From a virus (Duplodnaviria > Caudoviricetes): 64,000 bases of DNA. Where the stretch lies: positions 32,001 through 96,000 of IMG/VR virus record IMGVR_UViG_3300017913_001781; one strand, written 5' to 3'. Within the stretch, counting starts at the first letter, position 1. Each line of letters starts with the position of its first letter. Below are positions 40,483 through 49,151 of the stretch, one piece after another. Both the position numbers and the translations under genes were made by a program. Below the pieces are notes generated by a model. It made no database searches, was not told where the DNA came from, and saw only the letters and a program-made list of their open reading frames with translations.

Positions 40483-41771
40483 TGAATAAAATCCTATTAT
40501 ATAGAGATTTTTTAAATGAAAGAGCGCAGCCCATAGACATGGGCTATTCTCTTGTTATGGAGGGCGGTGCAGCTGGTCATATGAATCATCCATTTGATGA
40601 TAAGTCTTTAACTTTTGGAGACTTTAAAAAGATTGTAGAATACGGTCTTAGAGGAGAACTTAATTTCGAAGAAGCTGCTACTGAAAAAACAGATGGACAA
40701 AACGTATTTGCCACTATTCAAGATGGTGAGGTAAAGTTCGCTAGAAACAAGACAGAACTAATCACGCCAATGGACTTGAATACATTTAAGCAAAAATTTG
40801 ATAACCATGCAAGCGCTATGGTTGAAGAGACTTTTAAGTTGGCCGCTGAAGATTTAGCATCTCAGTTAATGAAATTACCAAATAATGTTCAAGAAGAAAC
40901 ATTTGAAAATGGACTTAATTGGATGAATATGGAATTGATCTATTCTAGAAACCCAAATGTTATTTATTATGACAGAGATGTAATTCAATTCCATGGTATC
41001 AAGAAGACTGATGGTCAAGGTAATATTATCGGAGAAGATAATAAACCAGCATCTTCATTAGTTAAAGCATTGGCAGCAGTTAAAGCGAATGTTGGTAAAA
41101 CATTTACAATAATTCCCCCACAAATCATTAAGCTTGGTAAAGACATAGATTTTGAAACCAATAGAACTAAATTCTTAAAACAAATTGAAGTACTTAGAAA
41201 TAAGTATAATTTAACCGATGCTGATGAAGTATCGCGTTATCATGAGATGTGGTGGAGAGATCAAATTGAAGAAACTTTTGGCGAATTAACACAAGACCAT
41301 AAAGAAGGGCTTTTACTAAGATGGGCTTATGGTGATAAAAAGACTCTTAACCTAAGACAGCTTAAGAAAGAGGTTACTTCAGACCAAATGGATGCTATTA
41401 AAAAATATGATAAAGAAGACGTTAAGAAAAAGTACAAAGAAAACATTAGACCATTTGAAGATTTATTCCTAGAATTGGGTTCTATTATTCTTAAGAACGC
41501 CTCTAACTTTGTCGCTGCTAATCCAAGCGCAGAAATGCAAAGATTACATAATCAAATTAGAACAGAAGCTGAAAAAATTAAAAAAGGAGGCGACGTTAAT
41601 CAAATTAAAAAGGTTGAAGCAGAGCTTGCAAGATTAGAAAGAATCGGAGGAGTAGAATCTATTATGCCAACCGAGGGTATAGTATTCGTGTATAAAGGTA
41701 AAACATTTAAGCTTACTGGAACTTTCGCTGCTATAAATCAACTTATGGGAATTATAAAATACGGCAGATAA
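40482..41771 (+). CDS. RNA-ligase/capping-fold nucleotidyltransferase-like protein (DUF6267-like)
   Basis: 'EGGAAGHMNHP'; motif I 'TEKTDG', Ia 'ARNK', III 'NMEL', IV 'EGIV', V 'FKLTG'. Confidence 0.7.
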   Translation: MNKILLYRDFLNERAQPIDMGYSLVMEGGAAGHMNHPFDDKSLTFGDFKKIVEYGLRGELNFEEAATEKTDGQNVFATIQDGEVKFARNKTELITPMDLNTFKQKFDNHASAMVEETFKLAAEDLASQLMKLPNNVQEETFENGLNWMNMELIYSRNPNVIYYDRDVIQFHGIKKTDGQGNIIGEDNKPASSLVKALAAVKANVGKTFTIIPPQIIKLGKDIDFETNRTKFLKQIEVLRNKYNLTDADEVSRYHEMWWRDQIEETFGELTQDHKEGLLLRWAYGDKKTLNLRQLKKEVTSDQMDAIKKYDKEDVKKKYKENIRPFEDLFLELGSIILKNASNFVAANPSAEMQRLHNQIRTEAEKIKKGGDVNQIKKVEAELARLERIGGVESIMPTEGIVFVYKGKTFKLTGTFAAINQLMGIIKYGR

Positions 41772-43612
41772 TGGCACTTCAAGATCTAAGAAAACATTTT
41801 AATTCAGTTAATAGAAACGAGTTTATGGCTTTGTTAAAGCAAAGATGCTTGGTTACTGAAAAAATTCAAGCTTCTTCCTTTCATGTTAGAAATACAGATA
41901 AAGGCTATGACTACTATAAAAGCGGTTCTAAAACACCTATGAATAGGGTTGATAGAACAATAGTTAGGTATTATGAAAGTGCTATTGACTATTTTAGATC
42001 TATTCCTAAAGAAGTTAGAGAAGATATGCCAAAGGATTGGAAATTTGGTTTTGATTACATGACTGAAAAAAGAACAGTTGATATTCAATACGATGCTCTT
42101 CCCAAAAACAATCTTATATTAACACATATTCAAGTTTTAAATCCAACTGACCCAACTCAAATTAAGAAAGTAATTAGAGACCCTAAAGTTCTTGAAAAAT
42201 GGTCTAATATGTTACAAGTTCAGGCTCCTCCTATATTATTCAACGGAGTTTTAGATTCTAATCAAAAAGACATGTTAGTTGAGCTTTTAGAAATGAATAA
42301 TGAATCATTTAAGAACGTATTTGAAAATACTTCCTTTACTAGAAAGGTCTATAGTATTTTTAATCACATGGCAAATAAGACCGCTCTCAATGAAGGTTTA
42401 GATGGAGATATAGATTCGCTTATAGTTTCTTTTATAGACAAAAAGAATATTAAGAACTTTAAACTTGGTAGATTTGATAAAGTTGAAGAAAAAGAAAGAG
42501 AAGCTTCCGACATGTATCAAATTACTATTCTAGATCTTGTCGAGTATATGACTCAGTTCAATATGGATGATGTAAAATTGGTAGAAGAAGATACAGACTT
42601 AAGATACATTGAGCTAGTTTCAGAGATATTTAATCAATATATGTCTAAGAACGCCGTCAAGTATATAGGCGCTGAGTTTGATTCGGCGGGTTTTTCTAGT
42701 AGAAAGGGATTTGAACTCAATAAAGACTTTATCAAAAACGAAGGCACGGTAAAGCTAATTCAAAACGAAGATTTATCGGAATTATTTAAGATTATGTTGG
42801 GATCATTTAGAAAAAAAAGAACAAAAGAAACCAAGATCATAAATGCCGACCTTATGTCTCAAATGAACGAAATTGTAGAAAAGATAGAGTCCGCCGTCTT
42901 TGCAAAAAAGAATGAATCAGAGATTATGACATTTAATACTTACTTAAAGCAAGAAAAGCTAAAAACCCAAGTTAGTCCAATTATTGAAGCGCTAACAGTC
43001 GAACATCCTGATCAGGGGGCAAAGCCGGTTAATATGTTTGTTGGTAGATTCCAACCTTTTACATTAGGACACGCTAAAGTTATAGACGCTATTCATAAAC
43101 AAAACGGTTATCCCGTTGTTATTTTCTTAGTTAAGTCAAAGACTAAGAAAAAAGAGGATGCATTTAAAAGACCCTATTCTGAAGAACTACAAATTGAAAT
43201 GTTGGAAAAACTAAAAAAGAAGTATCCAATTGAAGAGGTATTTGTTATACCTTCTGCAGCCATCGACAAAATGTTTAATGAAATGAGACCTAAATATGAA
43301 CCGGTTCTTTGGGGAACTGGAACTGATAGATTAAAGGTTTATAGCTATCAAGTAGATAAGCAAGAATATAGAGATGATTTAGGCGTCAGAGATGATTTTG
43401 GACTGTTCGAGATACCAAGAACTGGTAAGAATATTTCAGCAACTCAAGTTAGAAATGCAATGTTAGCTGGAGATGAAAAAGAGTTTAAGAAGCTAACACC
43501 GAGGGAGATTCATTCGATGTATTTAAAACTTAAAGATACGTTAGAGCAATCAATGGCAACAATGGAGTCCACGTCAAACATTATGACTTTCAATCAGTTC
43601 TTAAAATCCTAA
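41771..43612 (+). CDS. Degenerate ligase-fold domain fused to an HxGH-class nucleotidyltransferase (cytidylyl/NMN-adenylyltransferase-like)
   Basis: N-terminal 'TEKIQAS'; C-terminal 'GRFQPFTLGH', 'GTDR', 'ISATQVR'. Confidence 0.75.
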   Translation: MALQDLRKHFNSVNRNEFMALLKQRCLVTEKIQASSFHVRNTDKGYDYYKSGSKTPMNRVDRTIVRYYESAIDYFRSIPKEVREDMPKDWKFGFDYMTEKRTVDIQYDALPKNNLILTHIQVLNPTDPTQIKKVIRDPKVLEKWSNMLQVQAPPILFNGVLDSNQKDMLVELLEMNNESFKNVFENTSFTRKVYSIFNHMANKTALNEGLDGDIDSLIVSFIDKKNIKNFKLGRFDKVEEKEREASDMYQITILDLVEYMTQFNMDDVKLVEEDTDLRYIELVSEIFNQYMSKNAVKYIGAEFDSAGFSSRKGFELNKDFIKNEGTVKLIQNEDLSELFKIMLGSFRKKRTKETKIINADLMSQMNEIVEKIESAVFAKKNESEIMTFNTYLKQEKLKTQVSPIIEALTVEHPDQGAKPVNMFVGRFQPFTLGHAKVIDAIHKQNGYPVVIFLVKSKTKKKEDAFKRPYSEELQIEMLEKLKKKYPIEEVFVIPSAAIDKMFNEMRPKYEPVLWGTGTDRLKVYSYQVDKQEYRDDLGVRDDFGLFEIPRTGKNISATQVRNAMLAGDEKEFKKLTPREIHSMYLKLKDTLEQSMATMESTSNIMTFNQFLKS

Positions 43613-43643
43613 TATATAGAAAAAGAAAATAAACTACATAAAT

Positions 43644-46139
43644 ATGAAATTCCAAGATTTCCTAAATGAAAAGAAAGTAACGTTAAAGAGACGTTACACT
43701 GAAAATCATCCAGCGATGGAAGCTGGTTTAACGGCAAGAGTCAGAAACAAAATGATAGAAGCGGTTGCTGATGGCACGTTAACTCAAGAAGAGTTTAATT
43801 CTATTTTATCTGAATTAAGCAATGATTCTAAAAGATGGATGACCAGAAATGCAAAATACTTTAATGTATCAGAAGACGGTATCACATTATCTAGATTTGG
43901 TAAAAGAGTTCTTAAAACATTTGCAATTAATGAAAATGAAGGCTTTATTTTAGAATCTACGCGTTCTCAAATTGGTATCATTGATAGAAGAGGCGTTATT
44001 CACTCTACATATGTTCATAGCGATGGTTATCCAGAAGGTGTAGGCCAAATGGCAAAAGATCATTTTTCTGACACTAAAAAGATGAAAGAACTATTAAAAC
44101 TTGGAAAGAATGGTATTTCATATTTAGAGCCTGGTATTGAAGGTGGTGAAGGACACCACTTTAATACACCAATCGATGGTCAAACAGTATTTTATGGTAG
44201 AGATAGAGGCGAAACTAAATACAATATGACTCAAAAAAGAAAGTTAGAAGATCTAGATGATTATCTACAAGATGTTGCCTTTGATGGTGCAGAATATGTT
44301 TATCTTTGGGATGAAAAAGAAAAAGAGTGGAAGTACGCAGTTGCTAAAACTAAAGACGGTAGACAAATGGGTCTTCAAGTCCTAGAGTCTGAGTTAATAG
44401 AAGATGATGTTATAGAAGAAGGTAAATATGAAGATATGTTAGATAAAGGAGATGGACATATTCACTTTATTTTAAAGGATGAAAAGACTGCTGAAAAATT
44501 AGCTGATAAAATTGAAGAGGAAGGTTTAGGTGATTGTGATTTTTATCCTCAAGGTAAAAAGATTTACTTAAGAGTTTCTTTAACAGGGCAGGAAAATAAA
44601 GCAAATTCTAATATACCTAAGATAGAAAAGATTGTAGGTATGAAAGCTAAGTCTGGCTCACCAGAAACATGGGATGGTTCTATGTTGGGTGAAGGTAGAA
44701 ACGCATTTATTACTGCAGCTAGAGCAGCTAAAGCAGAAGGTTTAAAAGAATTTGAATTTAAGGGTAAAACCTTTCCGGTTACAGTAAAAGATGTAAGTGA
44801 GGAAGCTCCCGAAGTAGAAGAAACAAAAGAAGTTACAGAAAATAAATTAGTCTCAGAATCATTTGGAAAGTTTATTGCTTCTCTAAATGAAGAAAATGTT
44901 AATGAATGGGGAACTTCTGATAGCTATGCTATGAGTGAAGTAATTCACTATATGATTAGAAAGCCTAAAAACATGCCATCTCCGTTTGATAAAAAACTAA
45001 GAGATGCGGCTGAAAGTGCAGTTGATAGATATTGGGATGAGTGGCCTGAATACAAAACCAATTATGAAGGTTTAGTAGACGACGCCGTTAGAACTTATTT
45101 AAGACATTTTCATAGAGAAGAGTTTAAATTGGCCCAAAGAATGTTTGAGCCAGTAGAGTCAAATTCTATTGAAGTAGGAGAGGACGTTAACGAGGCATTT
45201 AAGTCAGCCAAATTAGCTCAACTTTTTAATACTAAAATATCTCGCAGTTGGTCTTCTAGCTCATTAAAGGACTTACCTAAAGCTTTTTATAACATGGCTA
45301 ATATTGCTTTAGATAAAGTAGAGGATGAAGATATAATTGATATGAGTGCAGCTGAAGCGCATGCTATAACTAGAAAGGACAAAGATAATCGCTATGTTAT
45401 ATTTTACGTAGTAGATCAACAAAAAGAAAATCCGCATGCTGGTTACGAAGGGCAAAAAACTATCCCAGCTGGTATTTTGGCTATTGTTAAGGGTAATCAA
45501 TTTCAAGGCATGGCATGGGGCCGTAATTCATCCGGCCACGGCCGAACTTTAGCATCTAGCGAACCTGGTGATAGCGTAGGTATTAGTAAAAAGTATAAAG
45601 GCTGGGATTCAACGGGCCTTTACAATCCTAAGAGAATTTCAGAGGTTGCAGATAGAGCAGTTGTCTTAGATACTGCGGTACTTAGAGATAAGTATTCAAC
45701 TGCTGGAAAGATGGCTGATAGAGCAGCCGCTAAGAAAGGTGCAATCGCTTTTAAATCAGATAAAGATTTCAAAAGAGAAAATATGAAGCGATATAAAGAG
45801 ATCTTAGCAGACAAAGCAGCTAACTTACCTCTAGATAAAATGGTTAAGGACGCGGTAGATGCTTTAACTTTACAAATTCAACAGGGTCTAGCTAAAGGTG
45901 AAGTCGAAAATGGAGAGCCCTTAATCGGTAGAAATTCAAAGGGTAGAGCAGTAAAAATGAGAGACGCCGCTAATCATATGTCTCAGATTTTAGATAATTA
46001 CTCAAACTATGTGAGATATTCTAATGAAGCTCAAAGCGGTCTTATTGGATCTAGCTATTACGAAACAAGAGTTAAGGACGAAGCCAAGCTTATCAAAGAC
46101 AGAATTGATAAAATTGAAAATATGGACTATGCCTGGTAA
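43644..46139 (+). CDS. Multi-domain putative capsid-internal polyprotein
   Basis: Starts MKFQDFLNE; modules separated by acidic [ILV]-x-E linkers; contains a 'STRSQIG...YVHSDGYPEGVG' domain. Confidence 0.6.
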   Translation: MKFQDFLNEKKVTLKRRYTENHPAMEAGLTARVRNKMIEAVADGTLTQEEFNSILSELSNDSKRWMTRNAKYFNVSEDGITLSRFGKRVLKTFAINENEGFILESTRSQIGIIDRRGVIHSTYVHSDGYPEGVGQMAKDHFSDTKKMKELLKLGKNGISYLEPGIEGGEGHHFNTPIDGQTVFYGRDRGETKYNMTQKRKLEDLDDYLQDVAFDGAEYVYLWDEKEKEWKYAVAKTKDGRQMGLQVLESELIEDDVIEEGKYEDMLDKGDGHIHFILKDEKTAEKLADKIEEEGLGDCDFYPQGKKIYLRVSLTGQENKANSNIPKIEKIVGMKAKSGSPETWDGSMLGEGRNAFITAARAAKAEGLKEFEFKGKTFPVTVKDVSEEAPEVEETKEVTENKLVSESFGKFIASLNEENVNEWGTSDSYAMSEVIHYMIRKPKNMPSPFDKKLRDAAESAVDRYWDEWPEYKTNYEGLVDDAVRTYLRHFHREEFKLAQRMFEPVESNSIEVGEDVNEAFKSAKLAQLFNTKISRSWSSSSLKDLPKAFYNMANIALDKVEDEDIIDMSAAEAHAITRKDKDNRYVIFYVVDQQKENPHAGYEGQKTIPAGILAIVKGNQFQGMAWGRNSSGHGRTLASSEPGDSVGISKKYKGWDSTGLYNPKRISEVADRAVVLDTAVLRDKYSTAGKMADRAAAKKGAIAFKSDKDFKRENMKRYKEILADKAANLPLDKMVKDAVDALTLQIQQGLAKGEVENGEPLIGRNSKGRAVKMRDAANHMSQILDNYSNYVRYSNEAQSGLIGSSYYETRVKDEAKLIKDRIDKIENMDYAW

Positions 46140-46197
46140 AATTAAAAAAGTATTTTGGGAATATTGGATAAAACCATGGCACCCCATTTCAAATTAA
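46129..46197 (+). CDS. Candidate 22-aa Trp-rich micropeptide MPGKIKKVFWEYWIKPWHPISN
   Basis: Fills the intergenic gap, overlapping the upstream stop and ending 4 nt before the next ATG. Confidence 0.3.
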   Translation: MPGKIKKVFWEYWIKPWHPISN

Positions 46198-46201
46198 TAT
46201 T

Positions 46202-47371
46202 ATGCCCGCTCTTAGTAAAGTACAACAAAGATTAATGGGAATGGCTTACGCTTATAAGAAGGGTGAGCTTGACTCTAAAGATGCTAGTCAAGAGGTTAAA
46301 GATCTCGCAGATTCTATGACTCTTAAGCAGCTTAAGAAATTTGCTGCAACTAAACACGAAGGTTTACCAGAAAGAGTACCTGAAAATATTCAAGCCGGTC
46401 AAATTAATGGCATGGGTCCAATACAATTACCCGCTGACGGTTTACTTGGATCTGGAGATGTACCTGCTGGTAGGGGCGACGCAGAAGAAGAATATAAAAA
46501 AAAGAAAAAGAAGATGGCAAACTTCGAAGAATTTATAAATGGGTTAAATACTCAACCCAAATCAGGTGTTAATGAAACTAGATTTTACGCAATATTTCAA
46601 GGCGCAAAGCATGAAATTGAAGCAGATAGTCTATGGGCTGCAAAGCAAAAGGCTATCACAGATCTAAAGGTCAAAAAGAAAGATGTTGGATTATTGGCGA
46701 TTGTAAATGCAGACGAACATGATGATTTTTCTAAGGGAAAGAAGGGACAATTCCAATTTGAGTCTGATCAAGTCGACGAAGTTTATACCGGAACCGCATC
46801 TGATTTTAAATATGAATTTCCAAACCAATTTGAAGATGTCACGGGTTTTTCTGATAAAGCCATTAAAGGTATTAGAAAGAAAGGTAAAAATGGCTACGAA
46901 GTTAGAACTTCTACATATGCCGGTAAAGAATATATGGAAGCTGTTGGTAAACAAATGGGTCTAGAACTTAAAAAGTTTGAGAAGCATAGTAATATGTGCA
47001 TCACTGTTTATGAATCTGTTATCTCTGAAATCAGAACGTCTAGTTGGGGAGATTTAGAATATACAGAAGAAGATGTCAATAAAACTCACGGATGGTGTGG
47101 CACTTTAGCTAACGAATTAGGTGAAGATAAAGCTATGTTTTTAACTCATCAAGGAATTCATGACCTTCAAAAAAGACACATGGGTTTAACAGCTTGGGAA
47201 GCTTTAGCTGTTCTTAATTCAAAAGCAGGTAGACATGCGGCTGAAGCCTTTTTAGGAGGAGAAGCTGCCGCATCTGATACTACTTCAGCATTGATTTGGT
47301 ACTTTGGTAGTAAAAGAAAGGTACAGCAAGCTGCTAAAGAAGAAGCAGAGCTTCAATTTCCAAGTAAGTAA
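46202..47371 (+). CDS. Multi-domain putative capsid-internal polyprotein with DUF3008-like N-terminus
   Basis: 'MPALSKVQQRLMGMA..KKGE...LKKFAATKHEGLPERV'; internal MANFEEFIN; modules after VNE, VDE and ISE. Confidence 0.6.
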   Translation: MPALSKVQQRLMGMAYAYKKGELDSKDASQEVKDLADSMTLKQLKKFAATKHEGLPERVPENIQAGQINGMGPIQLPADGLLGSGDVPAGRGDAEEEYKKKKKKMANFEEFINGLNTQPKSGVNETRFYAIFQGAKHEIEADSLWAAKQKAITDLKVKKKDVGLLAIVNADEHDDFSKGKKGQFQFESDQVDEVYTGTASDFKYEFPNQFEDVTGFSDKAIKGIRKKGKNGYEVRTSTYAGKEYMEAVGKQMGLELKKFEKHSNMCITVYESVISEIRTSSWGDLEYTEEDVNKTHGWCGTLANELGEDKAMFLTHQGIHDLQKRHMGLTAWEALAVLNSKAGRHAAEAFLGGEAAASDTTSALIWYFGSKRKVQQAAKEEAELQFPSK

Positions 47372-47391
47372 TTAACATTTTAACAAAATTT

Positions 47392-47424
47392 AAAAAGCCC
47401 AGACTTTTAAGTTTGGGCTTTTTT
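47392..47424. terminator. Rho-independent (bidirectional-type) terminator ending the late block
   Basis: aaaaagcccagac-ttttaa-gtttgggctttttt. Confidence 0.8.
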
Positions 47425-47426
47425 AT

Positions 47427-47436
47427 GTATATTAGA
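47427..47436 (+). promoter_or_regulatory. Putative early promoter element GTATATTAGA (copy 1)
   Basis: Shared with 47921-47930, including upstream TTTTAACA and downstream TGTAA. Confidence 0.55.
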
Positions 47437-47442
47437 TATGTA

Positions 47443-47595
47443 ATGACAGACAATAAAAAAGATAAAGATATTCTAAACGGCCTTAATTTGCGCCACGTCG
47501 CTCAAATTGTGCGCCGTAAGATGATTACAAAATCAGTGCCTTCTAAAAAGAATTACACTCGTAAGAAGAAGCATAAAAATCAAGACGATCAATGA
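47443..47595 (+). CDS. Small basic protein (50 aa)
   Basis: ATG at 47443 after the promoter; ends SKKNYTRKKKHK. Confidence 0.6.
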   Translation: MTDNKKDKDILNGLNLRHVAQIVRRKMITKSVPSKKNYTRKKKHKNQDDQ

Positions 47596-47879
47596 AGCTT
47601 TTAATGTGTACCGAATGTAAAGACATCTTTAATCTCAAGTATGAGACTAAAGCATGTACTTGTAAAAAAACTAAAGGACGTTATATTGATGAACTAAATG
47701 CAACATATAGCGGACCTGCTATTCCTATTGGTTTTGCAAATTCAAGCTTTTTAGAAGCAGCTAGTCGGCAAAATTTTATGAATATTATAGAGAGAGACTC
47801 TAAAGATGTTTGTTGTGCAGGCGAAGAATTCACAGCCTTTATTATTCCAGAGTGGGCCACCTCGCTTGAAAAAATTTAA
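47592..47879 (+). CDS. Small Cys-rich (Zn-ribbon-like) hypothetical protein
   Basis: CTEC...CTC. Confidence 0.65.
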   Translation: MKLLMCTECKDIFNLKYETKACTCKKTKGRYIDELNATYSGPAIPIGFANSSFLEAASRQNFMNIIERDSKDVCCAGEEFTAFIIPEWATSLEKI

Positions 47880-47920
47880 CACTTTTTAACATTTCAGATT
47901 TTCAGGTTGACCAGAATTTC

Positions 47921-47930
47921 GTATATTAGA
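47921..47930 (+). promoter_or_regulatory. Putative early promoter element GTATATTAGA (copy 2)
   Basis: Repeat of the 47427 motif, upstream of a small-gene cluster. Confidence 0.55.
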
Positions 47931-47956
47931 CCTGTAACGTTAATCACAAACAAACA

Positions 47957-48172
47957 ATGATTAGAGCAAAACAACCCAAAAACGAGATCGTTATCGACCT
48001 CACCGGCCCCGAAGGCAACGCCAATGTTATCCTCGCTTATGCTAACCGATTTGCAAAGCAACTTGGCTATGACGCTGATAAGATTCTAGAAGAGATGACG
48101 AGCGGAGACTATGAAAATCTGATCAATGTCTTTGACTCTTACTTCGGTGACTTTGTAATCCTTGAACGCTAA
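47957..48172 (+). CDS. Conserved small phage protein
   Basis: 'IDLTGPEGNA...EMTSGDYENLINVFD..FG' is a widespread phage pattern. Confidence 0.75.
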   Translation: MIRAKQPKNEIVIDLTGPEGNANVILAYANRFAKQLGYDADKILEEMTSGDYENLINVFDSYFGDFVILER

Positions 48173-48191
48173 TTAATAAATCTTAAAAGAT

Positions 48192-48575
48192 ATGAGTAAC
48201 AAAATCAACTCCCTCGACCGCACTGCAGTCCGCCGTATTAATGACGATATTCAATCTGCACTTGATGCAGTAGCTAAGCGTTATGGTGTTCAGATCAAAG
48301 TCGGTAACTCTCGCTTCTCTAATACTAATTGTACTACTAAGATTGACATCTCTACTGTTAATGAAGGCGGAACAGTTATGACCAAAGAAGCTACTGATTT
48401 TAATCGCTTTGCCTCTAGCTTTGGTATTACTAAGAAGTTGGGTGATACTTTTGACTTCCGCTACGATACTTATGAGATTGTCGGTCTCAAGCCTCGAAGC
48501 TCAAAATACCCGGTTTTGGCCAAGAACCTTTCTAACGGCAAGACCTTTAAGTTTCCTGCAAATGTCATCAACTAA
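48192..48575 (+). CDS. Conserved hypothetical phage protein
   Basis: 127 aa; 'LGDTF...YEIVGLKPRSSKYPV...GKTFKF'. Confidence 0.75.
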   Translation: MSNKINSLDRTAVRRINDDIQSALDAVAKRYGVQIKVGNSRFSNTNCTTKIDISTVNEGGTVMTKEATDFNRFASSFGITKKLGDTFDFRYDTYEIVGLKPRSSKYPVLAKNLSNGKTFKFPANVIN

Positions 48576-48717
48576 TCAACTCACGGAACGGCTCGCTCTC
48601 CTTCGTGGAGCGCGAGCTAATCTTGCTCAATCTATCTCAGTTATGGAAGAGCAATATGAAGAACTTAATGTTCAAATAGAAGAAACTTTAGAAGAAATTC
48701 AAAAACAAAAATCATGA
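48562..48717 (+). CDS. Small coiled-coil protein (51 aa)
   Basis: 3' part of the listed 48409 ORF; plausible ATG at 48562 overlaps the upstream stop region. Confidence 0.55.
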   Translation: MSSTNQLTERLALLRGARANLAQSISVMEEQYEELNVQIEETLEEIQKQKS

Positions 48718-48851
48718 ATCAATACGCAATTAATCTCCTTAAAGAGGCGGGCTACTCACAGGCCACGATCGATCAAATGAACCCAAGTCAAATTCGAAAC
48801 TTGGCTCTTGAAATTGAAGCCGAACTCGAACAATTTAAAATGCAATCATGA
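48714..48851 (+). CDS. Small hypothetical protein (45 aa, MNQYAINLLKEAGYS...)
   Basis: Not in the ORF track; ATGA overlaps on both sides. Confidence 0.6.
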   Translation: MNQYAINLLKEAGYSQATIDQMNPSQIRNLALEIEAELEQFKMQS

Positions 48852-49078
48852 TCTGTACAGTAAAAGATTTTGTAATGTTTGGCTTTAACTTTCCGTCAAA
48901 CTTTGTTGAAAAAGCCTTTGAAAATCAAGGCGATTTGATGATTAATCATCTTAAAGAAAAATTTAATGCAGCTTACGATCAGGCTGGAAGTCGAGGTGCA
49001 ATGAACACCTTTTATGCTCAGCTTGACGGTAAAAACCAATTTCTTTTGGAGAATTACGTTGCTGAATATTATTCTTGA
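48848..49078 (+). CDS. Hypothetical protein
   Basis: 76 aa, ATGA-coupled. Confidence 0.65.
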   Translation: MICTVKDFVMFGFNFPSNFVEKAFENQGDLMINHLKEKFNAAYDQAGSRGAMNTFYAQLDGKNQFLLENYVAEYYS

Positions 49079-49100
49079 TAATTAGCGTTACACCTAAGTT

Positions 49101-49137
49101 AAAGGCAGTGAAACTTTCGCTGCCTTTTTCATATAAA
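49101..49137 (+). terminator. Terminator hairpin overlapping a TGAAAC-N17-TATAAA promoter
   Basis: aaaggcag-tgaaactttcg-ctgcctttttc then atataaa. Confidence 0.7.
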
Positions 49138-49151
49138 TAAAAAGTTATGAT

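Noticed and set aside
48409-48561. 5' part of the 102-aa ORF
   Set aside because: Overlaps the 48192 gene; the likely start is ATG 48562
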